A stretch of 64,000 bases of DNA from Almyronema epifaneia S1. Lineage in GTDB: Bacteria; Cyanobacteriota; Cyanobacteriia; Phormidesmidales; Phormidesmidaceae. A program made the translations under genes and the position numbers. This document shows, piece by piece, positions 18,962-28,932 of this stretch. The stretch is taken from contig NZ_JBHZOL010000088.1 in assembly GCF_042788235.1 (NCBI RefSeq), forward strand, positions 46,837 to 110,836, written 5' to 3'. Every line of letters starts with the position of its first letter. Position 1 is the first letter of the stretch. The notes beneath the pieces were generated by a model, which was not told where the DNA came from, ran no database searches, and worked only from the letters and a program-made list of their open reading frames with translations.

Positions 18962-19705
18962 TCACTCCATCACCTGCCAGTTAGCAGCTTGCTGAGTAGC
19001 CGCCTGATATTCTGCCAGCGTCAACGGCTGAGGGTGGAGTTTAATGTCCCAGCAGTCTTCAGCAGCGCCTCTAAGGGCAGCTATGATCTGGCTGTCGCTG
19101 AGCTGCCTCAGCGACATAGGCAACGGCGGTAGGGGGTTATCTGCTCCAAACACCTGGGCAAACAAGGCCGCATCGGGCTGTAGCTGCATAGAACCGTGTT
19201 GTAGCAAACAGTTGGCTTGCCTAAACTGAGCGCTGCCAATCAGCTTGGCTCCGTGCGCTAGGGTTAAATCAGCCGCCGTAGACGTCGTAAAGCAGCCAGG
19301 GTTGTGAATATAGCCGCGCCCTGCTGTGCCATAAACCAAAGAAAATCCCAGCGATCGCCATCCTTGCACTAAAAATTGACACACTTGCTGATAAACCTGC
19401 TGCCGCTGCCCCGAAAACGCGGAGGTAATGACCGCATAGGTCAAATCACCCTGATGCAAAACTGCCCGCCCGCCGCTAGGCCGCCGAACTAAGGAGAGTG
19501 GCTGCCCCTGCCAGCTTAAATTCAGCCAGTGGGGAGGGTAATGCCGCTGATGATAGCCCAAAGAAATAGCCGCAGGCTGCCAGCGATAAAACCGCAGCAC
19601 AGACGGTAGCCGCCCCTGGCAGTGCTGGTCTAATAGCCAGCGATCTATCGCCATTTGTTCAGACCCAGAAGCTGTCAGGGGGGGAATGTACCGCCAAAGC
19701 GTCAC
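18962..19705 (-). CDS. lipoate-protein ligase / octanoyltransferase family protein (BPL/LPL catalytic domain)
   Basis: 247-aa protein whose blocks (RRPSGGRAVLHQGDLTYAV, GAKLIGSAQ) are typical of the LplA/LipB catalytic domain. Confidence 0.6.
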   Translation of the reverse strand: MTLWRYIPPLTASGSEQMAIDRWLLDQHCQGRLPSVLRFYRWQPAAISLGYHQRHYPPHWLNLSWQGQPLSLVRRPSGGRAVLHQGDLTYAVITSAFSGQRQQVYQQVCQFLVQGWRSLGFSLVYGTAGRGYIHNPGCFTTSTAADLTLAHGAKLIGSAQFRQANCLLQHGSMQLQPDAALFAQVFGADNPLPPLPMSLRQLSDSQIIAALRGAAEDCWDIKLHPQPLTLAEYQAATQQAANWQVME

Positions 19706-20434
19706 TTAAGTCTGATAGTTCACAATGCGGGCAAAGCCTTCTGGATCTAGGCTGGCACCCCCTACTAAAACCCCATCAATTTCGGACTGGGCCATAATTT
19801 CGTCTATGTTGTTAGGTTTGACCGAGCCACCATACTGAATCGGCACATCTGGATTCTTCAACTGGCTACGAATTCGGCCAATTACCTGATTGGCGTCGGT
19901 TGCATCGCAAGTATCGCCCGTCCCAATCGCCCAAATTGGTTCATAAGCAATAATCAGATTGTTTTGGTCAACGTCTGCTAATCCTTTGTCAATTTGCTGG
20001 GCGATATGAGCATCGGTTTCGCCAGCGTCTCGCTGCTGCTTTGATTCGCCCACACACAAAATGGGTGTTAAACCATACTGCTGGGCGGTTTTGAGGCGCA
20101 GATTAGCCGTTTCGTCCGTTTCGCCAAAGTACTGTCGCCGTTCACTATGGCCAATGACCACATAGCGTACGCCCAATTCCTTCAGCATCAGCGGTGAAAC
20201 TTCGCCCGTGTAGGCTCCCTCTGTTTCCCAATGAACATTTTGAGCGCCAATCATGACCCGGCCACCGTGCAAATTTTTAGAGAGTGTGCTGAGCGCGGTA
20301 AAGGGTACACATAGAATCACTTCTCGATTGTCGGGGGTTTCGCTTAAGTGATCTAAAAAGCCTTTTAAGAACTCTAGCGCTTCGGCTTGAGTCTTATACA
20401 TTTTCCAGTTGCCAGCAATAACAATCTTACGCAC
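19706..20434 (-). CDS. tpiA: triosephosphate isomerase
   Basis: [15 protein letters not shown]..., the catalytic loops [12 protein letters not shown] and GGSVKP. Its stop abuts the start of the upstream gene. Confidence 0.9.
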   Translation of the reverse strand: MRKIVIAGNWKMYKTQAEALEFLKGFLDHLSETPDNREVILCVPFTALSTLSKNLHGGRVMIGAQNVHWETEGAYTGEVSPLMLKELGVRYVVIGHSERRQYFGETDETANLRLKTAQQYGLTPILCVGESKQQRDAGETDAHIAQQIDKGLADVDQNNLIIAYEPIWAIGTGDTCDATDANQVIGRIRSQLKNPDVPIQYGGSVKPNNIDEIMAQSEIDGVLVGGASLDPEGFARIVNYQT

Positions 20435-20570
20435 AGGTCTTCAGTTAAACAGCGTTTTCAATCTTCACATGCATCATTGCATCCTACCGGGAAACGTCTA
20501 CCAGAATCAATTTTGCGGGTGACAAAACGCAAAGATGTTTTTTCAACCCCTGAGTCAACCTGAGATTGCA

Positions 20571-20810
20571 TTAGTGACAGAGCCTTCTACCTGCCTGCAG
20601 ATGATTAGCTGGGGCAATTTGGGCAAAATTAAATATAGCTTGATTAAGCTGAGATGAAGTGATGCCCGTGCAATAACAGGCAAGCTGTTTGTGGTCTAGT
20701 CTTCTTTTAGCTTTGATTGCAGCTTTAATTGCAGCAGTGCGCTTAGCCGTCAGTCTTTTAGGGGCACTCGCTACCAGTTTCAGCAGCGCTAACCATGCCT
20801 TTGATGCCAA
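20571..20810 (-). CDS. small basic protein, possibly a degenerate BFD-like [2Fe-2S] half-domain
   Basis: 79-aa ORF; Lys/Ala-rich N-terminal half, then LACYCTGITSSQLNQAI resembling the first half of a BFD-like domain. The second Cys pair is absent, so this may be a spurious ORF. Confidence 0.25.
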   Translation of the reverse strand: MASKAWLALLKLVASAPKRLTAKRTAAIKAAIKAKRRLDHKQLACYCTGITSSQLNQAIFNFAQIAPANHLQAGRRLCH

Positions 20811-20825
20811 CTAATCAATCCAGAG

Positions 20826-21773
20826 ATGACCAGTTTTCATCCTGAAAATTTCTCGATATTGATCGTCGATGATGTTGTTGACAACCTTGAAGTCATTAGC
20901 ATCATGCTGACTGAGCAAGGTTACTATACGCTCAAGGCACCCAGCGGTCAACAAGCTTTGGTAGAGGCGCGGAATGCTTTACCTGATTTGATCTTGCTAG
21001 ACCTGATGATGCCCGACATGAACGGTCTAGAAGCTTGCCGGATCCTCAAGGCAGATGCGCAAACCGCTGATATTCCGATTATTTTTGTAACCGCTAGCGA
21101 TGAACGCGATCATCTGCTGCAGGCTTTTGAGTTAGGGGCTGTCGATTACATTACTAAGCCTTTTGATTGTTTTGAACTGCTGGTACGCATCAAAACGCAT
21201 TTAGAACTTAAGCAGGTGCGTGATGAGCTGAAGCAAGCCCTGGCTGTGGTTGAAAAGCTGGCCGCTACGGATGAACTGACGGGGGTGGCCAATCGTCGTT
21301 ATTTGTTAGAGATTGCGACTAAGGAATTTGAGCGGGCTAAGCGGTACGGGCGATCGCTGGCGATTGTCATGCTCGATATTGACCATTTCAAACTGGTGAA
21401 TGATAACTATGGTCATCAGGTGGGCGATCGGGTGCTGCAGCAGATGGCAGCGGTTGCGGCTGAAACGTTGCGCAAAGGCGACACATTGGGTCGCATTGGG
21501 GGTGAAGAATTTATCGCATTGCTGCCAGAAACAGCCCCTAGTGAGGCCGAAGAAGTAGCCGAGCGACTACGCCAGAAAATTGCCAATTTGGCGATCGCCA
21601 TTAGCCCTGAACACAACCTGCAAATTACGGTTAGTTTAGGGCTATCAGTCCATTTGGCAGGAGATGTCACGATTGACGCTATTATTACCCGAGCCGATGC
21701 TGCCCTCTACGTTGCTAAAGCTCAAGGCCGCAATCAGGTAGTTAGTTTGGTGGGTAATGAGATTGCCCCTTGA
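20826..21773 (+). CDS. response regulator receiver (REC) + GGDEF diguanylate cyclase
   Basis: REC (ILIVDDVVDN...LLDLMMPDMNGLE...AVDYITKP) plus GGDEF with RIGGEEFIALLP. Paralog of 5124-6122. Confidence 0.85.
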   Translation: MTSFHPENFSILIVDDVVDNLEVISIMLTEQGYYTLKAPSGQQALVEARNALPDLILLDLMMPDMNGLEACRILKADAQTADIPIIFVTASDERDHLLQAFELGAVDYITKPFDCFELLVRIKTHLELKQVRDELKQALAVVEKLAATDELTGVANRRYLLEIATKEFERAKRYGRSLAIVMLDIDHFKLVNDNYGHQVGDRVLQQMAAVAAETLRKGDTLGRIGGEEFIALLPETAPSEAEEVAERLRQKIANLAIAISPEHNLQITVSLGLSVHLAGDVTIDAIITRADAALYVAKAQGRNQVVSLVGNEIAP

Positions 21774-21846
21774 AGGCAAACACGCCGTTGAGCAGGGCAG
21801 GATCCCGCTCAAAGACGGTCGTTTTGGGGGCACCGATGAGGCATCC

Positions 21847-23274
21847 CTAAGCCACTGAGCGACGAAACTCAAAAAATTTCTGCAAAAAGTTTTGCAAAAA
21901 ATCGTTTTCGGCGTACTTTTGCTTTTTCAATTGCAGCGCCGCCTTGCTGGTCACTTCAGCTAAGGTCGGGTAAACGTGAATGCCCGTCAGCGCATCCACC
22001 TTCAGGTTTTGACTCATGGCTAAAACGACTTCGTGGATGAGTTCTCCGGCGGCTGGGCCGACAATGTGCGCCCCTAAAATGTCGCCGTTGCTGCGGGTAA
22101 TTATCTTGGCAAAGCCCAGACCAGCCGCCTCTGCTAAAGCTCGGTCAACCCCTGAAAACGCTTGCTTGAGAACGTAAACATCGTCATAGCGCGATCGCGC
22201 TTCTGCTTCTGTCAAACCTACTCGCGCTAGCTCTGGCTCCGTAAAGGTTGCCCAGGGAATTACCCGATAATCTGCCTTTTTAGTAGGCAAAAACAAGGCA
22301 TTTTGCAAAACCACAGCCGCTTCATAGCCAGCAACGTGGGTAAACTGGTAGCCGCCAATGACATCACCCGCCGCATAAATATTGGGATTTGTAGTTTGCA
22401 GCTTTTCGTTGACCTTAATGCCTTCTTTGCCAACCTCTACAGCCGCTGCCTGCAAGTTTAACGAGTCAACGTTGGGAACTTGCCCTGTCGAGAGCAAAAT
22501 TTCATCGACAACTAGGTGTTCTCCCTGGTTGGTCCAGAGATGCTTTCTGCCGTCAATGACCTCTACCTTTTCGGCTCGCTGGCCGTAAAGAATGCGTATC
22601 CCTTCGGCTTCTAGCTGCTGTTGGACAACGGCTGCCGCTTCTGGATCTTCCTTCGGCATAATCTGGTCGCGGCTAGAAATCAGCGTTACCTCGCTCCCTA
22701 GCCGATGAAAAGCTTGACCTAGCTCACAGCCAATCGGCCCAGCCCCAATTACTGCTAAAGCAGCCGGACGCGCCTGCAGCTTGAAGACGTTCATGTTGGT
22801 TAAATAGCCTGCTGGCTGCAGCCCTGAAATGGGCGGCAACGCTGGATGCGAGCCAGTAGCGATGACAAAGTTGCGGGCTTTGAGCTGCCGACCGTTGATC
22901 GTAAACGTTTTAGGGTCAGAAAATTGGCCGCTGCCAAAAATGACCTCTACTCCCAAAGACTCAAAGCGCTCGACTGAATCGTGGTGCTGAATCGTATCAA
23001 TTACTTGATGGACATGATTGAGGGCTTCAGTGAGCTTAATTTCTTGTAGCTGGGTGTAGATGCCAAAGCGATCGGCCTGTTTGACGTCGTAAGCCACTCG
23101 AGCTGCATGAATGAGCGACTTGCTGGGCACACAGCCATAATGCAGACAATCGCCACCCAGCTTAGGCTCTTTTTCAATTAACACGACTTTAGCTTTGAGC
23201 TGGGCACCGGCACTGGCCACGACTAACCCCGCCGAACCCCCACCTATCACCACCAGATCGTAGTCAACTGCCAC
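21847..23274 (-). CDS. class I pyridine nucleotide-disulfide oxidoreductase (dihydrolipoyl dehydrogenase / MerA-like flavoprotein)
   Basis: FAD-binding site DLVVIGGGSAG, redox disulfide GGDCLHYGCVPSK, a NAD site, and a C-terminal interface domain with His-Pro-Thr (HVYPTLAE). Confidence 0.75.
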   Translation of the reverse strand: MAVDYDLVVIGGGSAGLVVASAGAQLKAKVVLIEKEPKLGGDCLHYGCVPSKSLIHAARVAYDVKQADRFGIYTQLQEIKLTEALNHVHQVIDTIQHHDSVERFESLGVEVIFGSGQFSDPKTFTINGRQLKARNFVIATGSHPALPPISGLQPAGYLTNMNVFKLQARPAALAVIGAGPIGCELGQAFHRLGSEVTLISSRDQIMPKEDPEAAAVVQQQLEAEGIRILYGQRAEKVEVIDGRKHLWTNQGEHLVVDEILLSTGQVPNVDSLNLQAAAVEVGKEGIKVNEKLQTTNPNIYAAGDVIGGYQFTHVAGYEAAVVLQNALFLPTKKADYRVIPWATFTEPELARVGLTEAEARSRYDDVYVLKQAFSGVDRALAEAAGLGFAKIITRSNGDILGAHIVGPAAGELIHEVVLAMSQNLKVDALTGIHVYPTLAEVTSKAALQLKKQKYAENDFLQNFLQKFFEFRRSVA

Positions 23275-23393
23275 TTGTTTTCTCCCGCTGCTAAACGTTT
23301 GTAATGCTTTGAGCCTATGGGGAATAGCTGAATTCTAGCTGAGAAGCTCAAGAGAAAATAGCAAGTTTTTAGCCGTTCAAGGTGGAAAGAGCG

Positions 23394-24137
23394 CTACTGA
23401 ATAGTCTGGGGCACCAGTACCCCGGCCTCTTGCTGAATCGGCACGATTGGTAAAATATCTAGCTGAGCGCAATATTCTAAATCTGCCAGGTTATTGAGCC
23501 TTAATAGCCGCTGACCGTGCGTTGCCTGCTGCATCAGCGCTAAAAGCTGATCTTGCCAGTGGAGATAGAGCGCTACAGCGGCCACTAAAGCATCGTTGCC
23601 CGCTAGCGTGTCAAACGTTGCTGCCGTAGCTGAAATAATGCCGTGAGCGATCGCCCCAGCACACACAGTATCTTCTAAAGAATAAGTGCCCTCCCAACCA
23701 GAACCTACCAGCCAAACCGTTTCTGGCTGTTTTCGCAGCAAAAAATCGACCGTGGCTTGGCGAGTCGTTAAGGCTGAGGTGATGACCGTTGGTGCTTGCT
23801 GAATTCGCTGTAGACAGCGCGTTCCGTTGGTGGTGCTCATAAAGAGCCGTCGCCCTTCGGTTTGCTCAGGGTTGTGATCGAGCGGCGAGTTGCCCAGATC
23901 ACACCCTTCAACACGTGCCCCGCCTCGTTCACCGGCTCGGATCCGTTTCTCTTGGGGCCATTGTTCACTTGCCTGTAGCAGGGCTGTAATATCGCTAAAA
24001 ACCTGAATCGCTTCTGCTCCTGCCGCAAAGGCAGCAGCCATTGTTGACGTTGCTCGTAAAACATCAATGGCGATCGCGCAGTCAGGGGCTTCGCCTGCGG
24101 GAACCTCTTCCGGAGTGTGGTAAACAAATAGCTTCAC
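23394..24137 (-). CDS. comB: 2-phosphosulfolactate phosphatase
   Basis: 247-aa protein matching the ComB family fold and length (N-terminal [13 protein letters not shown]..., conserved G-rich blocks). Confidence 0.75.
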   Translation of the reverse strand: MKLFVYHTPEEVPAGEAPDCAIAIDVLRATSTMAAAFAAGAEAIQVFSDITALLQASEQWPQEKRIRAGERGGARVEGCDLGNSPLDHNPEQTEGRRLFMSTTNGTRCLQRIQQAPTVITSALTTRQATVDFLLRKQPETVWLVGSGWEGTYSLEDTVCAGAIAHGIISATAATFDTLAGNDALVAAVALYLHWQDQLLALMQQATHGQRLLRLNNLADLEYCAQLDILPIVPIQQEAGVLVPQTIQ

Positions 24138-24212
24138 GGATGGGAGTTAGTTAAAGATTAGTGAACTGACAAGTTCTCATTTTAGGCGGAAGGTTCACCC
24201 TGAAGTGAAAAA

Positions 24213-24330
24213 ATATAGCTGTCGCCACAAGCGTCAAGACACTTCAGTGGCTGAAAGCCGCTGACAGAAAAGTTTTTCTTCTACCTTCTCCCCTCCCCTT
24301 GTGCCGTTAGCTATAGTTGTGGCCGACATC
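24213..24330 (+). repeat. MITE-like dispersed repeat, copy 4 (longest, with flanking tatagctgtcgccac / tatagttgtggccgac ends)
   Basis: atatagctgtcgccacaagcgtcaagacacttcagtggctgaaagccgctgacagaaaagtttttcttctacc...gttagctatagttgtggccgac. Confidence 0.7.
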
Positions 24331-24401
24331 GAATTGGGGGCTAACGCTTCTCATGGGCAGTTTGGAGCTGACGGCCTTTGCCCAACCCCTTAACGGCTAG
24401 G

Positions 24402-24950
24402 TCATGGTTTGAGAGGGCCAGTTCGCACTATACCCGGATGGAGTATCGGCATCAGGTAAGCCCCTAGCCCTAGTCCTGCAACCAAGCCAAAAAGCCCCAT
24501 CACTCCATTGTTAATCTGCCAACTGCCAAAGCCCTGTAAAGCCAGCTCTAACGGATAGAACAAACACAGTAGAAACGTGGCGACAAAGCCCCACAGTCCA
24601 TATTGCTCTAGCCAGTAGCGGCTACGTCCCTGGTCTTTGGCATAGAGCCAGCGCATAACCACCAGCCCCAAAACGGTGCCATAGCAACGGGTACAGACTG
24701 CCATGATATGCGGCGACCAAAGCATAGGCCCCAGCTCTGGCTGCGGGCAAACGTGCTGCCCCATGGTGTAAATGATGGCTGCAATCTGCGGCAAAACAGG
24801 TAGCGGCGCGGCGGCTAAAAAGGGAGCTGCCAGTGGCCCCGAAACTAGCCCAGCTAGGACAACATCGCCTAACAGGCTAGACCAACTTCGGTAGCGGAAG
24901 GGAGCAGCAAATATAGAGGAATTGGCCATAGGGCGCTTGTTTAACAGCAA
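24402..24950 (-). CDS. DUF2085-like membrane protein
   Basis: 182 aa with 4 predicted TM helices and paired Cys motifs (HVCPQ...CTRCYG) typical of DUF2085. Confidence 0.5.
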   Translation of the reverse strand: MLLNKRPMANSSIFAAPFRYRSWSSLLGDVVLAGLVSGPLAAPFLAAAPLPVLPQIAAIIYTMGQHVCPQPELGPMLWSPHIMAVCTRCYGTVLGLVVMRWLYAKDQGRSRYWLEQYGLWGFVATFLLCLFYPLELALQGFGSWQINNGVMGLFGLVAGLGLGAYLMPILHPGIVRTGPLKP

Positions 24951-25069
24951 TGATTTAAGCTGTAACTAATTGTAATCGCCAAGCGTCAGTGCTAAAGGGG
25001 AAGATTACCCCCTTAACGTTTTGCAGCTTGAGTTGTTTCTGGCCTATAAGTTGCCTGCCTGTGCTGCTG

Positions 25070-25160
25070 TTGCTAAGGCAGAAAGTAGCATAAAAGGCTT
25101 TCTGTCAGCGGCTTTTAGCAGCTTTCAGTGCCCAACTTAGTGGCGACAGCTATATCAGCG
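25070..25160 (-). repeat. MITE-like dispersed repeat, copy 5 (inverted orientation)
   Basis: Reverse complement reads gatatagctgtcgccactaagttgggcactgaaagctgctaaaagccgctgacagaaagcctttt...ttctgccttagc. Confidence 0.65.
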
Positions 25161-25179
25161 TCTTTGTAGACAAACACCC

Positions 25180-26118
25180 GTGAAGACCCAGGAGATTTAC
25201 CGTTCAAAGCCGATGCAGCTTTTTATCCGTAGCTTTCTCAAATGGCAGCAGGACGGCTGTTTGGATATGGGAGCTTCGCTGGCTTATTATGCGCTGTTCT
25301 CGCTGTTTCCGATTTTGCTGGTGATGCTCAGCGTTATGGGTTTTTTGTTGGGGCCAAAAACTGACATTTATGGTCAGATTATTGGTTTAGCCCAAGAGCT
25401 ATTACCGCCTAGTGCTTTCAATGTAGTTGAAAGTACGCTGCTACAGTTGCACGAGGGCAGCGTTGAAGCCAGTATCGTGGGTTTTGCTGTTTTGATGTTT
25501 ACCGCTAGCGGCTTTTTCAATGCTCTCGATCGCTCTTTTGAGAAAATTTGGCGAGCCCATGAACCCATTAATAACAATCGCAGCGTGGGGGAAATTGTGC
25601 TGCGGTTTTTGTGGCGACGTGTTTTTGCCTTTTTGCTGGTGTTGGGTTCTGCCGTGATTTTGCTCGCTTCGATGCTGTCTAAAATTGCGATCGCAATTTT
25701 TCTCAAAATGGTGAATACGGTGAGCAGTCAGGTGGGGCTGATTGTGTTTGAAGGGGTCAACTTGCTTCCCTTTTTGCAGTTAATCGTTTCGTTTTTGTTG
25801 CTGACGCTAGTTTTGATGCTGTTATTTAAGGTGTTGCCTCCGCGCCGAATTCGGTGGGGCGATGTGCGGCTGAGTGGTCTTTTGACTGCGCTCTTGCTCG
25901 TAGTTTTGCAACAATTAATCAGCAACAGTGTCATTAGTTTGGGTAGCCGTTTTAGCTCTTATGGGGTTGTTGGCGGGGTTATGGTTTTGATGTTTTGGAT
26001 TTATCTCACCAGTCAGATTTTCTTGCTTGGTGGTGAGTTTACCTATGTCTATACCCGCCTGTTTGGCAGTCGCCAAAATGAAACCTCGCAGCTTCTGAAG
26101 ACGTCTTTACCCTCCTGA
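25180..26118 (+). CDS. YihY/BrkB family inner-membrane protein
   Basis: 312 aa with 6 TM segments; N-terminal block GASLAYYALFSLFPILLV and the C-terminal block are typical of YihY/virulence factor BrkB. Confidence 0.75.
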   Translation: MKTQEIYRSKPMQLFIRSFLKWQQDGCLDMGASLAYYALFSLFPILLVMLSVMGFLLGPKTDIYGQIIGLAQELLPPSAFNVVESTLLQLHEGSVEASIVGFAVLMFTASGFFNALDRSFEKIWRAHEPINNNRSVGEIVLRFLWRRVFAFLLVLGSAVILLASMLSKIAIAIFLKMVNTVSSQVGLIVFEGVNLLPFLQLIVSFLLLTLVLMLLFKVLPPRRIRWGDVRLSGLLTALLLVVLQQLISNSVISLGSRFSSYGVVGGVMVLMFWIYLTSQIFLLGGEFTYVYTRLFGSRQNETSQLLKTSLPS

Positions 26119-26356
26119 GGCTGTTAATTCATTAGCTGCATGGCTGAAAGTGACTACCAGCTTTGCTAACCCCCGATCTCGGCGATTAACAGCCGAGTTC
26201 AGCCGTCTTCCCAACTGGATTGAAACGACTCAGCTAATCTGGGTAGATTTAATGTAAATTAAGCATCAAGTTTTGGTAAAGCTAGGAGAATTAGCTCACC
26301 GAAGTGCCTAGAGGTACGTCTATCAGTATTAAGTTTGAAGTTAGATTAAGCGGCTC

Positions 26357-28171
26357 TTGCAATGGGGCTTGTTTTACAACGCTATGCCAATGATTCTAAC
26401 TTTCGGCATTACCGCCGTGGCGCTAGCCTGCTTTGTCTTTGAGTGGCTACCTGCCGATGTGACAGCGCTGTCTGTCATGGTAGTGCTGATGTTGCTAGGG
26501 TTAGTCACCCCCGAAGAAGGCATTGCTGGATTTAGTAATTCAGCCACTATTACTGTGATGGCGATGTTTATTCTCAGTGCTGGAATTTCTCGCACAGGGG
26601 CTTTGCAGCAAGCCAGTAGCTGGATTATTCGCTGGGGCGGTAAGCAACCCGGTCAACAGATTTTTGCCATGGGGGCGATCGCTGGGCCGATTTCTGGGGT
26701 AATCAACAATACGGCTGTTGTTTCAGTATTTTTGCCGATTATTGAAGATTTATGCCGCCAGCAGCGCATTTCTGTTTCCAAGCTGCTGATGCCGCTGTCA
26801 TTTGCCACGATTTTAGGCGGCATGATGACCGTTGTGGGAACCTCAACGAGCGTATTAGCCAGTGGTCTTTCCGCCAAGCTGGGTTATGGCGAGTTTAGCC
26901 TGTTTCAGTTTACGGCGATGGGGTTCATTATTTTTGTTCTTGGCTTAGCCTATCTGGTCTGTGTGGCTCCGGCTTTGCTGCCTGATCGCAAAGCACCTTA
27001 CGATGGCTTTAGCCAAGACTACGGCCTCAAAGACTATGTCAGCGAAGTGGTCATTACACCGCGATCGAGCTTAGTCGGCCATAGCCTTAAAGAAAGTCAG
27101 CTACAGCGCCGTTTTGATGTAGACGTCCTAGAGGTTATTCGCAACGGTAATCGCTTTCCCCAACCCCTAGCTGATAAGATTCTGGCGGCGGGCGACATTC
27201 TCATGGTGCGCGGTGGTCGCCAAGACTTGTTGAAAATTCGTGACAGCGAAGGGATCGAAATTTTGCCCGATGTCCAGTTTGGGCAAAAGTCGTGGCAGGC
27301 AGACCTTAGCTCTGAGGTGGAAGGGGTCGCTGAGGTGTTAGTGCTATCGAACTCTAATTTGATTGGCTCAACCCTCAAAGAAATTCGCTTTCGGCAGCGC
27401 TACAACACGACAGTTTTAGCAATCCGGCGGGGGGAAGAACTGGTGCGCGATCGCCTGGGTAAAGTGCCCCTCAGATTTGGCGATTTGCTCTTAGTACAGG
27501 GGCCAAAGCAAAGCTTTGTTGGTTTGCAAACCAGCCGTGACTTGCTTGTACTAGAGCAGCGTGATCTAGAAACCTTGCGAGCCGATAGAGCCAATGTCGC
27601 TATCGGCATTGGGGTGGGAGTGGTGGTGTTGGCGGCTGTTACCCAAGTTCCTATTCTGGTATCGGCGCTAGCAGGCGTTATCTTGATGATTTTGACCGGA
27701 TGCCTGAAACCGGGTGAACTGTATCAAGCTGTTCGCTGGGACGTCATCTTTTTACTGGCTTGCCTGATTCCGCTAGGAACGGCTATGGAAAAATCCGGAG
27801 CTACCCAGCTCATTGCGCAACAGTTGGTCAGCGTCGGTGGTGAGTTGCCTAGCTACTGGTTGCTGCTGTTTGTCTTTGTGCTAACTTCTTTGCTTACAAG
27901 CATTTTGTCAAACAGTGCAGCCGTGATTTTGCTGCTGCCTGTAGGGGTGCAAGTGGCTCAAAACTTAGGCTTAAACCCGTTTACGATGATGTTTGTTGTC
28001 ACTTTTGCCGCCTCAAATAGCTTCATGACCCCTATTGGATATCAAACAAATACGATGATCTATGGGGTTGGCGGTTATCGTTTTTTAGATTTTGTCAGAG
28101 TCGGTGGGCCACTTAGCCTAATTATGGCGATTGTGACTCCGGCGTTGGCACTCTGGCTCTATGGTCTTTAG
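26357..28171 (+). CDS. SLC13/DASS-family anion permease with two central TrkA-C (RCK_C) domains
   Basis: 604 aa: membrane halves flank two TrkA-C-like soluble domains (VITPRSSLVGHSLKE..., VLVLSNSNLIGSTLKE...). The ORF track starts at a TTG; a likely ATG is Met-10 at 26384. Confidence 0.8.
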   Translation: MQWGLFYNAMPMILTFGITAVALACFVFEWLPADVTALSVMVVLMLLGLVTPEEGIAGFSNSATITVMAMFILSAGISRTGALQQASSWIIRWGGKQPGQQIFAMGAIAGPISGVINNTAVVSVFLPIIEDLCRQQRISVSKLLMPLSFATILGGMMTVVGTSTSVLASGLSAKLGYGEFSLFQFTAMGFIIFVLGLAYLVCVAPALLPDRKAPYDGFSQDYGLKDYVSEVVITPRSSLVGHSLKESQLQRRFDVDVLEVIRNGNRFPQPLADKILAAGDILMVRGGRQDLLKIRDSEGIEILPDVQFGQKSWQADLSSEVEGVAEVLVLSNSNLIGSTLKEIRFRQRYNTTVLAIRRGEELVRDRLGKVPLRFGDLLLVQGPKQSFVGLQTSRDLLVLEQRDLETLRADRANVAIGIGVGVVVLAAVTQVPILVSALAGVILMILTGCLKPGELYQAVRWDVIFLLACLIPLGTAMEKSGATQLIAQQLVSVGGELPSYWLLLFVFVLTSLLTSILSNSAAVILLLPVGVQVAQNLGLNPFTMMFVVTFAASNSFMTPIGYQTNTMIYGVGGYRFLDFVRVGGPLSLIMAIVTPALALWLYGL

Positions 28172-28306
28172 TCCAGGTCAGAGCTGGAGGGGCGCTTTAT
28201 CAGCCTCCTCTTGTAAAGCTGCTACAGGTGGGTGTTCCGGTGAGGAATTTGACCGCTGGCAGATGGTTACGCTTGTCCATGATGTTAGGAGATAGCAAAA
28301 GCAGTT

Positions 28307-28867
28307 ATGGGTTCACAACAGCGCGGAGTTACGGTTTGGTTTACAGGTTTGAGTGGTTCAGGCAAATCTACAATTGCGCGAGCTTTGGAGGAGGAGCTAA
28401 GAGCGCGGGACTGCCAGCTAGAAGTGTTAGATGGCGATATTGTCCGAACCAATTTGACCAAAGGGTTAGGCTTTAGTAAAGAAGACCGCGACGAAAATAT
28501 TCGCCGTATTGGTTTTGTGTCTCATTTGCTAACCCGCAATGGGGTGATTGTGCTAGTTTCAGCTATTTCTCCTTATCAAGCTGTGCGTGAAGAAGTGCGC
28601 GATCGCATTGAAGATTTTGTCGAAGTTTATGTAAGTGCTCCGGTTGAAGTCTGTGAAGAGCGCGATGTTAAGGGGCTTTACAAAAAAGCGAGAGCAGGGG
28701 AAATCAAAGGGTTTACCGGAATCGATGATCCCTATGAGCCTCCCACGCATCCGGAAGTAGATTGCCGCACCCACGAAGAAACGCTAACCGAAAGCGTTAA
28801 CAAAGTGCTAGCCAAGCTAGAAGAACTGGGATACATTCAACCCGCCGCTACGCCAGCCTCGGTTTAG
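28307..28867 (+). CDS. cysC: adenylyl-sulfate (APS) kinase
   Basis: P-loop [11 protein letters not shown] and the APS-kinase core ([31 protein letters not shown]). Confidence 0.9.
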   Translation: MGSQQRGVTVWFTGLSGSGKSTIARALEEELRARDCQLEVLDGDIVRTNLTKGLGFSKEDRDENIRRIGFVSHLLTRNGVIVLVSAISPYQAVREEVRDRIEDFVEVYVSAPVEVCEERDVKGLYKKARAGEIKGFTGIDDPYEPPTHPEVDCRTHEETLTESVNKVLAKLEELGYIQPAATPASV

Positions 28868-28899
28868 CAGACTGTAGCCCTTAGCCATTAACGTAAAAG

Positions 28900-28932
28900 T
28901 GAGAGACACGAGGTTCGTGTCTCTTTTTTTTG
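28900..28932 (+). terminator. rho-independent terminator after cysC
   Basis: gtGAGAGACACGAggtTCGTGTCTCtttttttt. The stem sequence is identical to that of the terminator at 9950. Confidence 0.7.

Noticed and set aside
20571-20810. 79-aa ORF as a full BFD-like [2Fe-2S] protein
   Set aside because: Only the first CxC half-motif is present; the second Cys pair is missing. It is kept only as a low-confidence CDS.
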